A stretch of DNA of 64,000 nt from Camelus dromedarius (lineage: Eukaryota), in assembly GCF_036321535.1 (NCBI RefSeq), contig NC_087436.1:4464001-4528000 (forward strand), written 5' to 3'. The notes below the pieces were generated by a model. That model was not told the origin of the DNA and did not search any database. It was given only the letters and a program-made list of their open reading frames with translations. Positions 13,140 through 25,187 of this stretch are shown here, piece after piece. Position 1 is the stretch's first letter, and the number at the start of each line of letters is the position of its first letter. The position numbers and the translations under genes are program-made.

Positions 13140-13510
13140 AAGGCAGCCGTCACAAGGGGCTGCTCTGGTCTCCTGCAAAGCAGAGCTGGGCCATCTGTCA
13201 CCATGGCTGCTCGCAGCTGTGGCTGCATGTGGGGTGCTCAGGCAGACCCATTTCAGGGAGACCTGAGATTTTCCAGGGGGCCCTTCTGTTCCTGGACTCC
13301 CCACTGGCCCAGTCAAACATTCTTTGGAACCATTCTATGGTCTGGCATCCTCTCTGCCCAGTGCCCTCCCTCCCCTCTCCTGCAGAAGTTAGACCGTGGG
13401 CGTCACAGCCTGAGGGCTCTCCCCACTTCCTCTGGCCCCTTCACACATGAAGTCCTGTGCAATTCATCCCACTTCGGTGTCTGCCTCTCCCCAGACCTCC
13501 ACCAGGGCAC
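13140..13510 (+). mobile_element. ERVL LTR fragment, LTR16-like
   Basis: Ends in tcctgtgcaattcatcccacttcggtgtctgcctctccccagacc, resembling the LTR16 3' terminus. Confidence 0.55.
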
Positions 13511-14799
13511 CGCTGCAACTCACAGAGCCCCCTGAAAAGACTCTGTGCATCTGATGTGAGACACACCCTTCAACAGTCTACTGGCAGGAGGAACAGCATG
13601 TAAGGTGGTGGGACAACAATCCTCCCAGGTTTACTTGCTCCTAAAATACCACTCTTAAGCCCATATTTACAGAGTTCCAGAGGAAGCAATCAGGTGTCTG
13701 GCTGATGTTTCAAATAAAAATGTAACTGTACAATTCAGATCTATCATGAAAACAGCAGTGTCACCATTACCCAGTGTAGCTATTTCCATGCATTCTATTG
13801 ATGTGAATTTTCTGAAGGTCTTCTCGACCTCTGATAATTGTTAATGAGAAGGAAAAGAATGTTCAGCAAAAGGACAATAACACTTATTGAAGGCCTCTCA
13901 ATAGGCCAGCCTCCAGGCAGAAGACTGCATTCTGTCTACCTGTCTATCTATCTACCTGTCTATCCATCCATCTGTCCATCTGATCTAGCCTACCACACAT
14001 CACACATGTAAAATCTCACCTAATAAATAGCTAGAGAATTAAGGAAAGGTAATTTTTCACATGAATTATCCAAAGACTTGCCTCTATTTAGGTTGACTCT
14101 AATGTCTGTTAAGAGAAGATCTTTGAATATATTCAATTAAGTGTTATTTAAAATAGCACCTAAACGCAGTCCCCTCAAAGTGCTGGTATCACACGTTTTG
14201 CTAAGCGTAGAGATGAATCTGTCATCTTCATCTGCCTTCTCTACCATTAGCTATAATGCAGCAATTAGGGTAACAATGCTGTTGCTAAATAAGGTAGACT
14301 CATTTTACATTAGTCTAAATGTTAAGGAAAATTATATCTTCCTTCAAGAAAATTATTGAAGTATAAATAGAGTATAATAGTGCCTGAATACCTTTCAGAG
14401 AACGTCAAGGGAACTGTTTTTTAAATAGAAAGAGGTCACTGAGGACGTATGTGAATAACCCAGCATATCATAATATGTAAAATGCGCCCAGTAATACTAT
14501 GGAAATTGATGATTCTGAGTAATAGAATAAGTCAAGATGGGACTTTCAGGGGGTCATTGACTTTAGAATTCTGTTGTATCTCAATTTCAGTCGAAGTCCA
14601 CAGATCACTGGAGAGTTGAAATAACTCAGGTTTGTCAGAGAGACAGTGGGGCCCAGGCAGCCATGGTGAGGTGGCAAGGATGCTTCAAGCCCCTCTCTCT
14701 CCTCCAGATCCCTTCCACCCTCTTCACATAGCAGGGAATCCACATATTTGGATAACTGCTGGAATTTATGCCCATTACTTTGATCTAAATTGGGGGTCC

Positions 14800-15128
14800 T
14801 CATAAAAAAGGACACAAAAGAACTGACAAAACAGAAACAGACTTGCAGACACATAAAACAAACATGGTTACTAGGGAGGAAGTGGGTGGGGGGATAAATT
14901 AGGAGTTCGGGATTTGCAGATACACACTACTGTATATAAAGCAGATAAACAACAAGGTCCTACTGTGTAGCACAGGGAACTATACTCAATAGCTTGCAAT
15001 AACTTATAATGGAAAAGAATAGGCATATATACAGATATGTATAACTGAATCACTATGCTGTACACCAGAAATTAACACAACATTGTAAACCAACTACACT
15101 TCAATTAAAAAAATAAAAATAAAAATAA
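14800..15128 (+). mobile_element. Cetartiodactyl-type L1 3' end, 5'-truncated
   Basis: aaacagaaacagacttgcagacacataaaacaaacatggttac...tgtagcacagggaactatactcaa...tgtacaccagaaattaacacaacattgtaaa, followed by an A-rich tail. Confidence 0.9.
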
Positions 15129-16595
15129 GTAAGTCAGAGGTCAGCAAACTAAAACCAGATAATAATTAAGGATTTTCTTGCCAGGAGTTTCTGTCCCAAG
15201 CAACCCTGTTGCAGAGGAAAAGCAGCCTTAGACAGAAGTAAATGAATAAGAGTGGCTGTTGATACCACCAGAGGAATTGCTTCACTTTTATGGCTTCAGA
15301 CCCTAAAATGTGAAGAAGGCTGAGTTGGGAGTGGCAGGCAAGCAACTCCAGGCATCATAACATATCTATGTTCTTCTGTTTGGATTTAAGAAGCCCAGAC
15401 GTGTTTTCCCCCAGAAACATAATGGTCCATTTCCCAGAAAGCGCTGGGAAAGAACTCTCCACCATTTCCTGGGAATATACTTTTGCCACAGAGAAGTAAA
15501 GTGTGTTCTCCTTATCTCTTCATGGCAGATGCAAATGTGAGGAAAGGTTTCCTGCTGATTTACCGCATCCAGATGGAGAAATCCCGGGAGATGCTGGTAA
15601 ACCACACAGAAAGCCGCCTCTGTGGGAAGCACGAAGGAGCAGATCGCTTTGTCCAAACGGCCCTTACTGGTAATGTTAAGTAATCAGAGTTCACACCCCT
15701 GTGAAAATTCTCCCCCGAAGGCCAATGCAATCGTAAGAGAACCACATCTGGAGCAGGGAAGGAGCCCAGCTGGTCACCCTGGTAAGGCCTTTTCATCTTC
15801 CCGAGTGCATTTTGGTTTTCTAAATGTTGCGTGTTTGGACACGACACTGTTTTCTGAATTAATGACACATGAATGAAACATGAAGTCAGTGACATGCGGA
15901 CATCTGGTCAGTCCTCTGATACTTGAGAATATGTTGTCAGGAAAACGCTTCTGCTCCTTAGAGCAGTGGTCAGAGGCTCTGCTCAGTACCATTGTATCTC
16001 TGATGAGGTGAGGCTGCTCATCTGGAAGAGATGCAAAGCCAACCGATGCGAGGACCCAATCAGAGATGTCACCCTGGAAATGCACAGACAGCACCATGGA
16101 CTCCAAGCCCATCCTGCAGACATGACCAGTCAGCAGCCTTCACAGCCTATGCACAATTTAGACCTGTCCTGGGCAGAGGTGGCTTAATGCTGTCATCTCG
16201 GAATCTTCACTTCGCAATTCCCCTAATACGCATGGACTTCGTTTTACAGAAAATCTACACTTTCATTATTTCTGTTCACCCCCTCAGAGCTACACTGATT
16301 CCTATATAAACTCTTCAAAAAGGCATTTTGTTAAGGCTTTGTTTCTGTTAGAAGGTTTAGCAAAATCATGTTCAGCAGGCAAGCTGTAGCAATTTATAAC
16401 TTCGTGACTAATTCTATGTCAGCTTTTTTTTTGTTCCAGGACCCTCTTCTTTTCCATATTTACCTGTAGTCTCACTGTCTTTCTCTGGTAATTCTTTACT
16501 CAGTGTTATATTAGATAATATACATGAGAAGGCATTCTAAACTCAGATTTAGTTTAAGTCTTTGACTAAAGATTTAACTTTAAGAATATCTTTAA

Positions 16596-16763
16596 GGAGG
16601 GGCAGGGTGTAGCTCAGTGGTAAAGCACGTGCTTAGCATGCATGCATGAGGTCCTGGGTTCAATCCTCAGTGCCTCCATTAAAAAAGAAATTAAAAGAAA
16701 TAAACAAATCTAATTACTTCCCTCAAAGAAATAAGTAAAAAAAAATTTTTTTTAATTAAAAAA
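16596..16763 (+). mobile_element. Camelid tRNA-Ala-derived SINE (vic-1 type)
   Basis: A-box tagctcagtgg, B-box ggttcaatcc, tRNA-Ala(AGC)-like head and A-rich tail. 14-bp TSD aagaatatctttaa (16582-16595) / aggaatattgttaa (16764-16777). Confidence 0.95.
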
Positions 16764-17045
16764 AGGAATATTGTTAAGTTTCACTGTCTTAGTAATCAAA
16801 TTAGGCTGTACTTCACTGTGTGATTTTAGATTGCTAATCATTCAAATTTAACTAAAATTTTCAGAGAATTATTAGGGCTCTTTTAAAGCAGTTTTTTCTT
16901 TTTGGTGATATGTGACCTCATCCACGCACACAACTGTGTGCCACATCTCAGGTCACCCAGATCCACACACAAAATAGCTTGTAAATGGCCTCAGGCCTCC
17001 TGTCTCCCTGCTCATGAACCCAAATGCCTCATCCCTCCCTCTGCA

Positions 17046-17520
17046 TGTGTGTCAGTCAGACTCCCAGCTGGAAACAGACGGCGACCTCAAGCTGGCTAAT
17101 TGAGGATCAAGTGTTTAATAGGGCTATTTCAAAAGATGTGGGCAGTTGTTAGGAAGGCAACGGGCATGATGACCACTCCAGCATGGTAATGACAGCGGGA
17201 GCCCTGTTACTCTCACTCTGGAAGGGCAAGGAGAGGGGGCGGTCCCTGGGGCCCAGAGAGCGAGAGAGCTGTGCGGAGAAGGAAGGTCCCTGGACAGGAG
17301 TGTGTCTTTGGTTGAGGGATGGAACCCACTCATGGCCACCCTTACCAAGGACCCAAGGAGACCAATACCAGGACGTCACGCTTCCCCATCCTCTGATCTA
17401 GTCTCACTGCCCCCCATTGATGAACCCACCAGAAACCAGACAAGGGAAACTGATGCATCAGAGAAGACCGGGGACCATAGAGCGTGGGTCTCAAGGGGCA
17501 AACGGAGCATTTCCAGCACA
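17046..17520 (-). mobile_element. ERVL LTR, LTR33-like
   Basis: Plus strand shows ggaaacagacggcgacctcaagctggctaattgagg...cccattgatgaacccaccagaaaccaga...aggggcaaacggagcatttccagcaca; the minus strand begins TGTGCTGGAAATGCTCCGTTTGCCCC. Confidence 0.7.
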
Positions 17521-18829
17521 ACTTCCGAACCAAGTTCACTGTCCGCCTGGACGGCAGGCCAAGGCATGCAGGCAAGCTGGGTGGTCCACCGGGGGGAACT
17601 AGAAAGGGTTCTTACTGAAATCCCACAGTGGCCGAATTTACGTGTGTTCCTTCAGAAGGCGGAGATTCACGGCCAATCAACGCCTGCAGTCAGCGCGCCC
17701 ATGGTGGTTGGCATGCTGCTGTTAGTATTATTTGCATTTTTTCAGGTTTAAGTGGCTAGTTGGCACTTCCTCTCAATTCAGAGCTACTTCGGCATTGACA
17801 GGGGCTCACAGCAGAAGCCCGAAGGGACTCGATGCAAATAAGAAAGACTAAGCGGACGACGTGGCCTTGTTCAAACTTCACCGTACTCAGTAGGAGAGAT
17901 TTTGGAACGTCATTAAATTTAACCTCACCTTGGGGGATTTTATTAATTCTCCTTGGAACAAAGTGCACTGTTTGCTCTCTGGGCACGAAGCTCTGACAGG
18001 CGCCATGACTCTGCAGTCCTGGGGGGGTGGGGTGGGGGGGCTGGCCATCCACGCCCAGGGGCCACCTGGTGCCTTTCTGAGCCACGTGTAGCTGTGGGCA
18101 GGTGCCCACTGTTTGAAGCGCGGATGGGGGCTTGGTTGGATTGTTTGTATTTGGGGGCTTGTTTCTGTTTGTCCATTTTTAATTAGAGCATGTTCAAGTG
18201 TGTTGCGGCCTCTCAAATTCAACGTAGTCTGCTACCTGCTAACATCTGCTAGGATTCGAGTTCATGACCCTTGGTCCATGCGCAGAAACAAAGCTCTGGC
18301 CTTGTGAACAAATGAAGATGAGAAGGAAAGCGTCTTCACCCAAACAGCACCAGCACTGCTCTAAACTTTAACGCTGGATGCAGAGCGATCTGATCTCGGC
18401 TCCGCTCATGAAAACCGTCTCAGCCAAGAGGACCGGTCCAGTTTACTGACTGATTTTGCCATATACTAAATTTGAGGGGTATTTTTCCATTATGTTATGT
18501 TATATGGCTTAGCAGGCTGTATGACGCATGACCACTGGGTGAGTTCTTCCAGAAGGCACACCGGGTGCCACTCCTTAATCGTCCGGGGCAGACTGGGCAC
18601 ATCTCGTGTCACCAAGCCCCCGGAGGCTTCAGAGGAGATAATGATTCTTTAGTTTGACTCAAAAACAGCACAAGGACCTCAGGGCAAAAAACAACTCTCC
18701 TTAGAGTTGGTTTCCTTTCTAATAAGGTTAAACTGTCAGAATTTTCTTGGCTTTTTCATACCAAGGTTGTATGTGATATATCCTGACTGTATTCTCAGAA
18801 TGTACGTGTATATATTCATTTATTTATTT

Positions 18830-18979
18830 AATGTTTGCTGGCCTTTTTCAATTTCTTAAATCTCTTCTATGAATCTCTTCTCCTCTCCTGGCTGTTCTGC
18901 ATTTTTGCAGGGAAAAGATGTCTAGAATTTCCATTTCCATGTAATACTAGGTCCATTTTGAATAACTACAGTGTCCTTA
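18830..18979 (-). pseudogene. Candidate decayed exon (5' part), unknown product
   Basis: Minus-strand acceptor tttattcattttattctag| (AG at 18981-18980). Reads (S)KDTVVIQNGPSIT, then after a frameshift HGNGNSRHLFPAKMQNSQERRRDS*KRFKKLKKASKH*. Phase-compatible with the 21341 donor. Confidence 0.3.
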
Positions 18980-19880
18980 CTAGAATAAAATGAATAAACA
19001 TTCTCGTCCAATGTAATCTTCTAGCAAACTGAGTAAAGGAAAATGGGTTGGATATTTGCAGCTAGAATGAAATATGTGTTTCCAGAAAGCCCTAGATAGA
19101 GATAATTTTTCTTTCTTCCAGAGTTAAGTCGGTTTGGGGTAGAAATATTTCTCTCCACTGAGCATTGTCCATTTTGCTGCTTTCACAGAGAAACAGGGAG
19201 GCCCCTTTTGGACATAAGCTGGCTGGTCTATGTCTCTGGAGCAAGGGTTTGGGGGGCAGGGGTGGGTGTGCTGCACCATGAGTCAGAACCCAACTCGGGA
19301 TGGGATGGCTTTCTCCACTGAAGAGCTTTTAATTAATCTGTAACAAAACAAAGCAAAAAAACCCAACATATTTTTCTAAAAATTCAGGCTTGGACTGGTG
19401 AGTATCCAGGATGTGTTGGTTGGCCTTGCAATCTGGGTAATGGGCAGCCCGGCCACGTGCAAGATTTACTCACATGTATTGAACTTAAGAGTCCACAGAA
19501 GAAAATTCAGGTTTCATGGAATAAGATAGGAAGCTTTTAAAACCAGCCTAACATCTAATGGATAAAAGGAAGGAAAAGATCCAATGACAGCCACACCCAT
19601 AGAGATTCTTGTACCAACTCTATGGTAGTTTTTTTCCCCCTCACAATATACAAGCAAATAATTGTTTATGAACCAGGGAACAATCACTTTTTCCCAATCA
19701 AGAAGGTCCATGTGAAAGAATATTATCATTTCCCATCCTTACAATATAATTTCCAACCATCTTAAGTGTAGAAACCAAATTCAGGTTTAAGATGCATACT
19801 TTTCTGAATCCCTATTGTCAAGATTTGTTTCATTTAAATGGATTTTTCTGTGTGTGAATTTATATAGTTCAAAAAAAAAG

Positions 19881-20040
19881 CGGACCCGGGATTCCTCCTC
19901 CGAGGGTGCGCTGCAGCAGGAAACGCCTCGTGGCAAATGGCTGTCGGCAGACGCGCTGCTGACTCTTTGCACGTGCAGAGTCGTGTGCAGCCACGAAGGG
20001 GGGGGGCTGCTAGTAGCCTTCTCCATTTGTGCATAAATGG
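19881..20040. promoter_or_regulatory. Small CpG-rich patch, possible enhancer
   Basis: About 12 CpGs in 115 bp within AT-rich flanks; palindromic TGCACGTGCA E-box and TGCTGACTC. Confidence 0.3.
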
Positions 20041-20345
20041 AATCACAGAGACACTTGTTCTACCGTGATCTACTAATAGTCGAACAGCTAAAAGTAAATC
20101 TGTTGCTTAACAGATAAGAACAAGTAAGCATTTAGTTTGTGCTCTGTGGTGAGCATTTTGTCACTAGTAGTTGAAAAATTGATTAAAGCAGGAAATTGGA
20201 GTGATAAGTGAGCTGCAGAAATATAATACTCAGGCAAAAAAATAATAAACTAATTGATGAGTTAATTCTTGAAGATACTGTGAAAAGGGAAAGGTGCAGG
20301 GCTTCCTACTACATGTGGAAGGAAGGCTCCAACTCCTTCCTGCCT

Positions 20346-20348
<3 letters not shown>

Positions 20349-20380
<32 letters not shown>
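20349..20380. repeat. (TG)16 microsatellite
   Basis: Direct observation. Confidence 0.95.
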
Positions 20381-20384
<4 letters not shown>

Positions 20385-21340
20385 CTAAAAGACAGGAGGA
20401 ATTTGGAAACATCTGGGCTGTAGATATTATTGCTGCTTTTTAAATCTTAGAAGAAATATTTAGGTTTATTGGACTCTGATGATGGTCTGGTGGCTGGATC
20501 TGGCCGAGCAGGGATGGAATATGTTATCGGCATGTGTAGGGCCGTGATTGACACTTCCTCCAAGGTTAGGTCCCGGAGAAAGTAAAGCACAGAGAGTCTC
20601 AGTTCTCTGGGACTCAGTGTCTTTCATTATAGTAGGATGAGTACTCAAAGAAGAAATTAAGTTAACTTATAGAAATGCTAGAAAAATTAAATCTCTTGAA
20701 AACCTGTATCCAGGACTAAGATTTATGGCCTCTTCACAATATTTACAGGTCATTTATTCCATCAGATTGAATAGCTGTTACCAATGGACATGTGTTACAT
20801 CATTGACACCCAGAATAGACGCATTTGTATATGAGCCTGAAACAGAGTCGGTGATTTCTGAACCTTAATATTTTAAAGATTTTGAACACCAACACTGTTC
20901 CAAATTTTTAGTCTGGATAAATATGTAGGATTAAAAAGTATGAAAAAGAACTGTTTGCCACAGAAATACAGGTCTATATCTCCTTTCAAAAAAGCCTTGT
21001 CCAATATTCATGTCCTTTACATAAGATTCCATCTGGTTAATGCTATTTAGAGGCTGGAAAATCTGTTTTTGTAGCTTGCAAAGGAGATAAGCAACACAGA
21101 TTAAATAACACATTGAGTTGCCACTTTCCCCTTGATTTAGAACTGTATTAAGTGATTTACTATATCCAGAGTGGTCTTGGTTACCATCTTAAGAATCTCA
21201 CCTAAAAGGGCGAGAATGAATAGTTCATCCTACAGAGGTCTGCCACCGCAAGAACTCGGTGTTTGTGAGGTTTATCCCAAAGTGGCTCTTGGTGCAGAAC
21301 CATGTTTTTAGGTCAGTGTTTCTCATTGTTCTGAACTCAC

Positions 21341-21700
21341 CTCTTGCTTCTAATTGTTGGCCTCCTGCCTTTTTTGGCATCATGAAGGCATGATTTTTCA
21401 AGATCATCATCTTCCGCTTTGTTCATCACTGTAAACTTTCCTTTCAGTCCTTGGCATGGGATTTATTTCAAGATTGTGTCTCTGGGAATGGCTCCTCTGA
21501 GACGTGCCTCAGGGAACCAGCCTGATGTGTCTCCCCGCTGGGTTCTGCCTCCCACCCCTGACTCTGGGCTGTGAGGTCCCCAGATGGATGCCTGTCGCTC
21601 TGTTGGCATGGATTTCAATGTCATATTTTTTCGAGTCATCATTATCTTTATTTTAGTCATCTCACTATGGATATGTCTTTTTTTATAAGTTCTCAAATCC
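21341..21700 (-). pseudogene. Candidate decayed internal exon, 360 nt, phase 2-2, one in-frame TAA
   Basis: Acceptor ttttttaataag| and donor GAG|gtgagt. The frame DLRTYKKRHIHSEMTKIK...DTILK*IPCQGLKGKFTVMNKAEDDDLEKSCLHDAKKGRRPTIRSK has a single stop (21463-21465) in 119 codons. Confidence 0.4.
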
Positions 21701-21924
21701 CTTATTAAAAAACATGGGTTTTACAGATTACAATAATGATTATGGTAGGAGTTTATTTTCTAAAATTGAACGTTAATAAGCTCAGAATCTGTAATTTCTC
21801 TGAAGATTTCAAATTGATTATTATAAGAGCTATAAAGGTAACTATGAATATTCAGCTTATCTGCTTTAGACCATTAAACTATGCTGCAAAAGGCATATAT
21901 GTGTTGGTGTGTGTGCAGTATTTT

Positions 21925-22185
21925 TTGAGACTTTCTGTTTTAGAACCATTTTAGAGTCACAGTAAAAATGAGTAAAGTGCAGAGATTTCCCATCTACCTC
22001 TCCCCCTCACACATGCATAAATTTTTATTATCAACATCTTCCAGCAGTGGTACCTTTGTTACAGCTGATGAATGTATATGGACACATCATTCTCTCTAAA
22101 GCCCACAGTTTGTACTAGGGTCCCTTTTGGTGGTGTACATTCTGTGGATTTGGACAAATGTTGAATGACACGTATCCATCATCAT
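21925..22185 (-). mobile_element. L1MC1/L1MC2-like 3' end
   Basis: ttttagagtcacagtaaaaatgagtaaagtgcagagatttcccat...ggatttggacaaatgttgaatgacacgtatccatcat. Confidence 0.8.
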
Positions 22186-24535
22186 TTTTTCCCCAAAAAC
22201 CTTTTTTTCCAGCTTGTTTCAGTTACTTTAGGTTCTTGCATGTCTGTCTCTATCTGTCAGTCTACAAATAGAGAGTGAAAACAATTCTCAAAGTGTACAA
22301 CTTGCTCAAGCTTACCAAAATTAAATACTAGTCACACTAACGAACTTTTACAGTCATTAAGAAACTCATATAATAAAGAGGCTTGGCCTGTCTGCTTGCA
22401 TGACAGAAAATTTATTTGCTGTAACAAAAGCAACGGAAATTCGGACATAATCAGGAGACATTATAGTGAATAGGATAATGTGGATACAGTCTTGGGGACA
22501 TTGGGTTCAAATCTCAATATCTTGATTTAAAGCAAGTAATAACTATATTATCGTAGTAACTATATTATTAAAAGCAAGTCATTTTAAAAAAATTATTATC
22601 AGTTCTTCACTTATAAGACTAACTCACCTAGCCTGTGTAAATATAAACCAGAGTACACATTGGTACTTGGCTTTTTGGTTATATAGATCACAAAATATGT
22701 AATGACAGCTTATAGCTTTGTATTACAGAATGATATTCCATTCTGTGGGTAAGCTACAATTTCTTTTACTAGTCACTACTTGATGGCCATTTGAGTTGAT
22801 TCTATTTGAGGGCTATTGCAAACAAAGACATAGAAGTCTTTGTGAGAATTGCTTCATTTCTAGGTGTTGAATGATATTTTACTTTGTAAGAAATGTCTAA
22901 ATTACGTAAGTAATCATACCATTCTGTGTTACCACCAGCAACTATGGCAGCTCCAGTGACTCCACATCCTCGCCAACACTCGGTATAGCAAGTCTTTCCC
23001 ATTTTAGACGTTGTATCTTACATGCAGTGGTAGAATCAGTATGATTTTATTTTGCATTTACTGATGACTTTGAGAACCTTACTATTTTTGTTTCCTTTTT
23101 TATACTTTGTGGGTTTTGTGTGTTTTTAAAGAAATCATTGCCAAACTCAGAACCCAAAGTTTTTTTCCTCATGTAGTATCTAGAAGTTTTACAGTTTTAA
23201 TCTCTTACATTTAGATGGATCTGTTGTCCCTCTATTTTGTTCCATTGGTCTCCTTATCTCTCCTTGCACTGACACCACAGGGTCCTAATCCTTGTACGCT
23301 TATAAGCCTTGGAATCACATTGCATATTTGTATAAACTTTAGAATCAGATTATCCATTTCTATTTTTTAAAAAAACCTGCTATAATTTTGATTGGGATCA
23401 TAATGAACCTACAGATATAACTGGGGAGAATTGACATGTTAATGATACTGATTTTTCAGTCTCATGTCCACAGAGTATCTCTCCATTAGTTTACACCTTT
23501 AATTTTCTTCAGCAATATTTTTTTAGTTTTAGTGTTTAGTTCTTCTACATCTTTTCTTAAAGTTATCCCTAAATTATTTATATTTTGGGTGCTACTGTAA
23601 ATAGCATTGCTGTTTTTTATTTAACTTTAATGAATATCATTGCTACTCTGTAGTAATGCAATTGATTATTACATACTGACTTGTGTCCAGCAAACTTGCA
23701 TTCTGCAAACCTTACTATAAACTGATTCATTAGTTCTAGTAGCTTTTTTGTAGATTCTGTAGGATATTCTATGTAGATGATGACGTCTTCTATGAATAAA
23801 GACAATTTACTTTCTTCTTTCCAATCTAGATGGTTAGTAATTATTTTCTAGCCGTAAGGCATCGGCTAGAACTTCAGTACAGTGTTGAGTACAGTCTGTA
23901 AGAGAGCACATTATTACCTTCTTCTTGATCACAGGGTGGGAAGTATTGTCTTTAACGACCGTGCATCATGTGACCTGTAAGATCGTCATAGCTTCCTTTT
24001 ACCAAATGTAGGACTTTCCTTCTACTACTAGTTTTCTGAAAGCTTTGAGACACAGATGGGTGATATATTTGTTTTTTCCCCACATTTATTAAGATGATCA
24101 CATGTATTTACTTAAGATTAGAATCTTTCAGAATTTACTGATACTAGTTTTACGTTCCAGAATATAAAATCTATACTGATAATAATCCACGTATACTTGA
24201 GAAGAATGTGCCTTTGCTACTATTGGTTGGAGAATTCTGTAAGTGCTAAGTAGACCAAGTTGGACAACAGTATTGTTTAAGTCTTTACTGATGTTCTGTC
24301 TGCCTGCTTCATCACTAACTGAGACGAGGGGTGTTTTTATCTCTGATTAAAATTTTGGGTGTCTTTATTTGTCCATTCTAGTCTATCTAGTTTTGCTTCA
24401 AGTATTTTGAAGCTCTAATATTAGGCACATAAACATTTAAGATTATGTCCTCTTGATGAACTGACAATTTTATGATTATCGAATGAGCCAGTGTATTCCT
24501 GATAAAATTCTTTTACTGAAATCTTCTTTGTTTGA

Positions 24536-24563
24536 TGTGTGTGTGTGTGTGTGTGTGTGTGTG
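24536..24563. repeat. (TG)14 microsatellite
   Basis: Direct observation. Confidence 0.95.
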
Positions 24564-24884
24564 GAAAGCTGGAGTGGCTATATATATAGCTTTCCCTGGA
24601 TTTACATTAGCAGGACATATATTTTTCATCCTTTTATTCTGAACTTATCTGTGTCTTTGTATTAGAATTGAGTTCTTGTTGGCAGTGTTTACTTGCATTT
24701 TTCTTTTTTATGCCATTTGAAAATCTCTACCTTTTAATTCAGATTTTAATCACTCTGGCAATTCTATGTAATGCTATTATTGACGAGTTTGGGTCTAAAT
24801 CTACCATTTTGTTATTTGGCTTCTCTTTGACGCATTGTTCTTTGTTCCCCTTTCCTTTCTTTCTTCGTTCCTGTGGACTGATAG

Positions 24885-24889
<5 letters not shown>

Positions 24890-24928
<39 letters not shown>
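24890..24928. repeat. (TTA)13 microsatellite
   Basis: Direct observation. Confidence 0.9.
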
Positions 24929-24931
<3 letters not shown>

Positions 24932-25008
24932 TTATCTCCTTTGTTGGCTTCTTAACTATAACTCTTTTTTCTTTTTTTTTTTTTAAGTAGGGGCTTTAGA
25001 GTCTATAT

Positions 25009-25187
25009 CAGAGGTCAGCAAACTACAGCCCACAGGCCTAATTTAACTCACTCTGTTTTTGTAAGTAAAGTTCCTGTGGGGCCAGACACATTTATGTACT
25101 GGCAGAGTTGAGTGCTTGAAACTGACACGAGCCAGAAAGCCTAGAAGACGTGCAGTGTGGCCCTTTACAGAAGCCTGTCCAACCCTA
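25009..25187 (+). mobile_element. MER58A-like hAT-Charlie element nested in L1
   Basis: cagaggtcagcaaactacagcccacaggcc...tggccctttacagaagcctgtccaacccta, with an 8-bp TSD gtctatat/gtgtatac. Confidence 0.8.

Noticed and set aside
16596..16680. tRNA-Ala(AGC) gene
   Set aside because: It has an extra 4-bp duplication (catgcatgcatg), an A-rich tail and a TSD, and is repeated elsewhere in the window. It is a SINE, not a functional tRNA.
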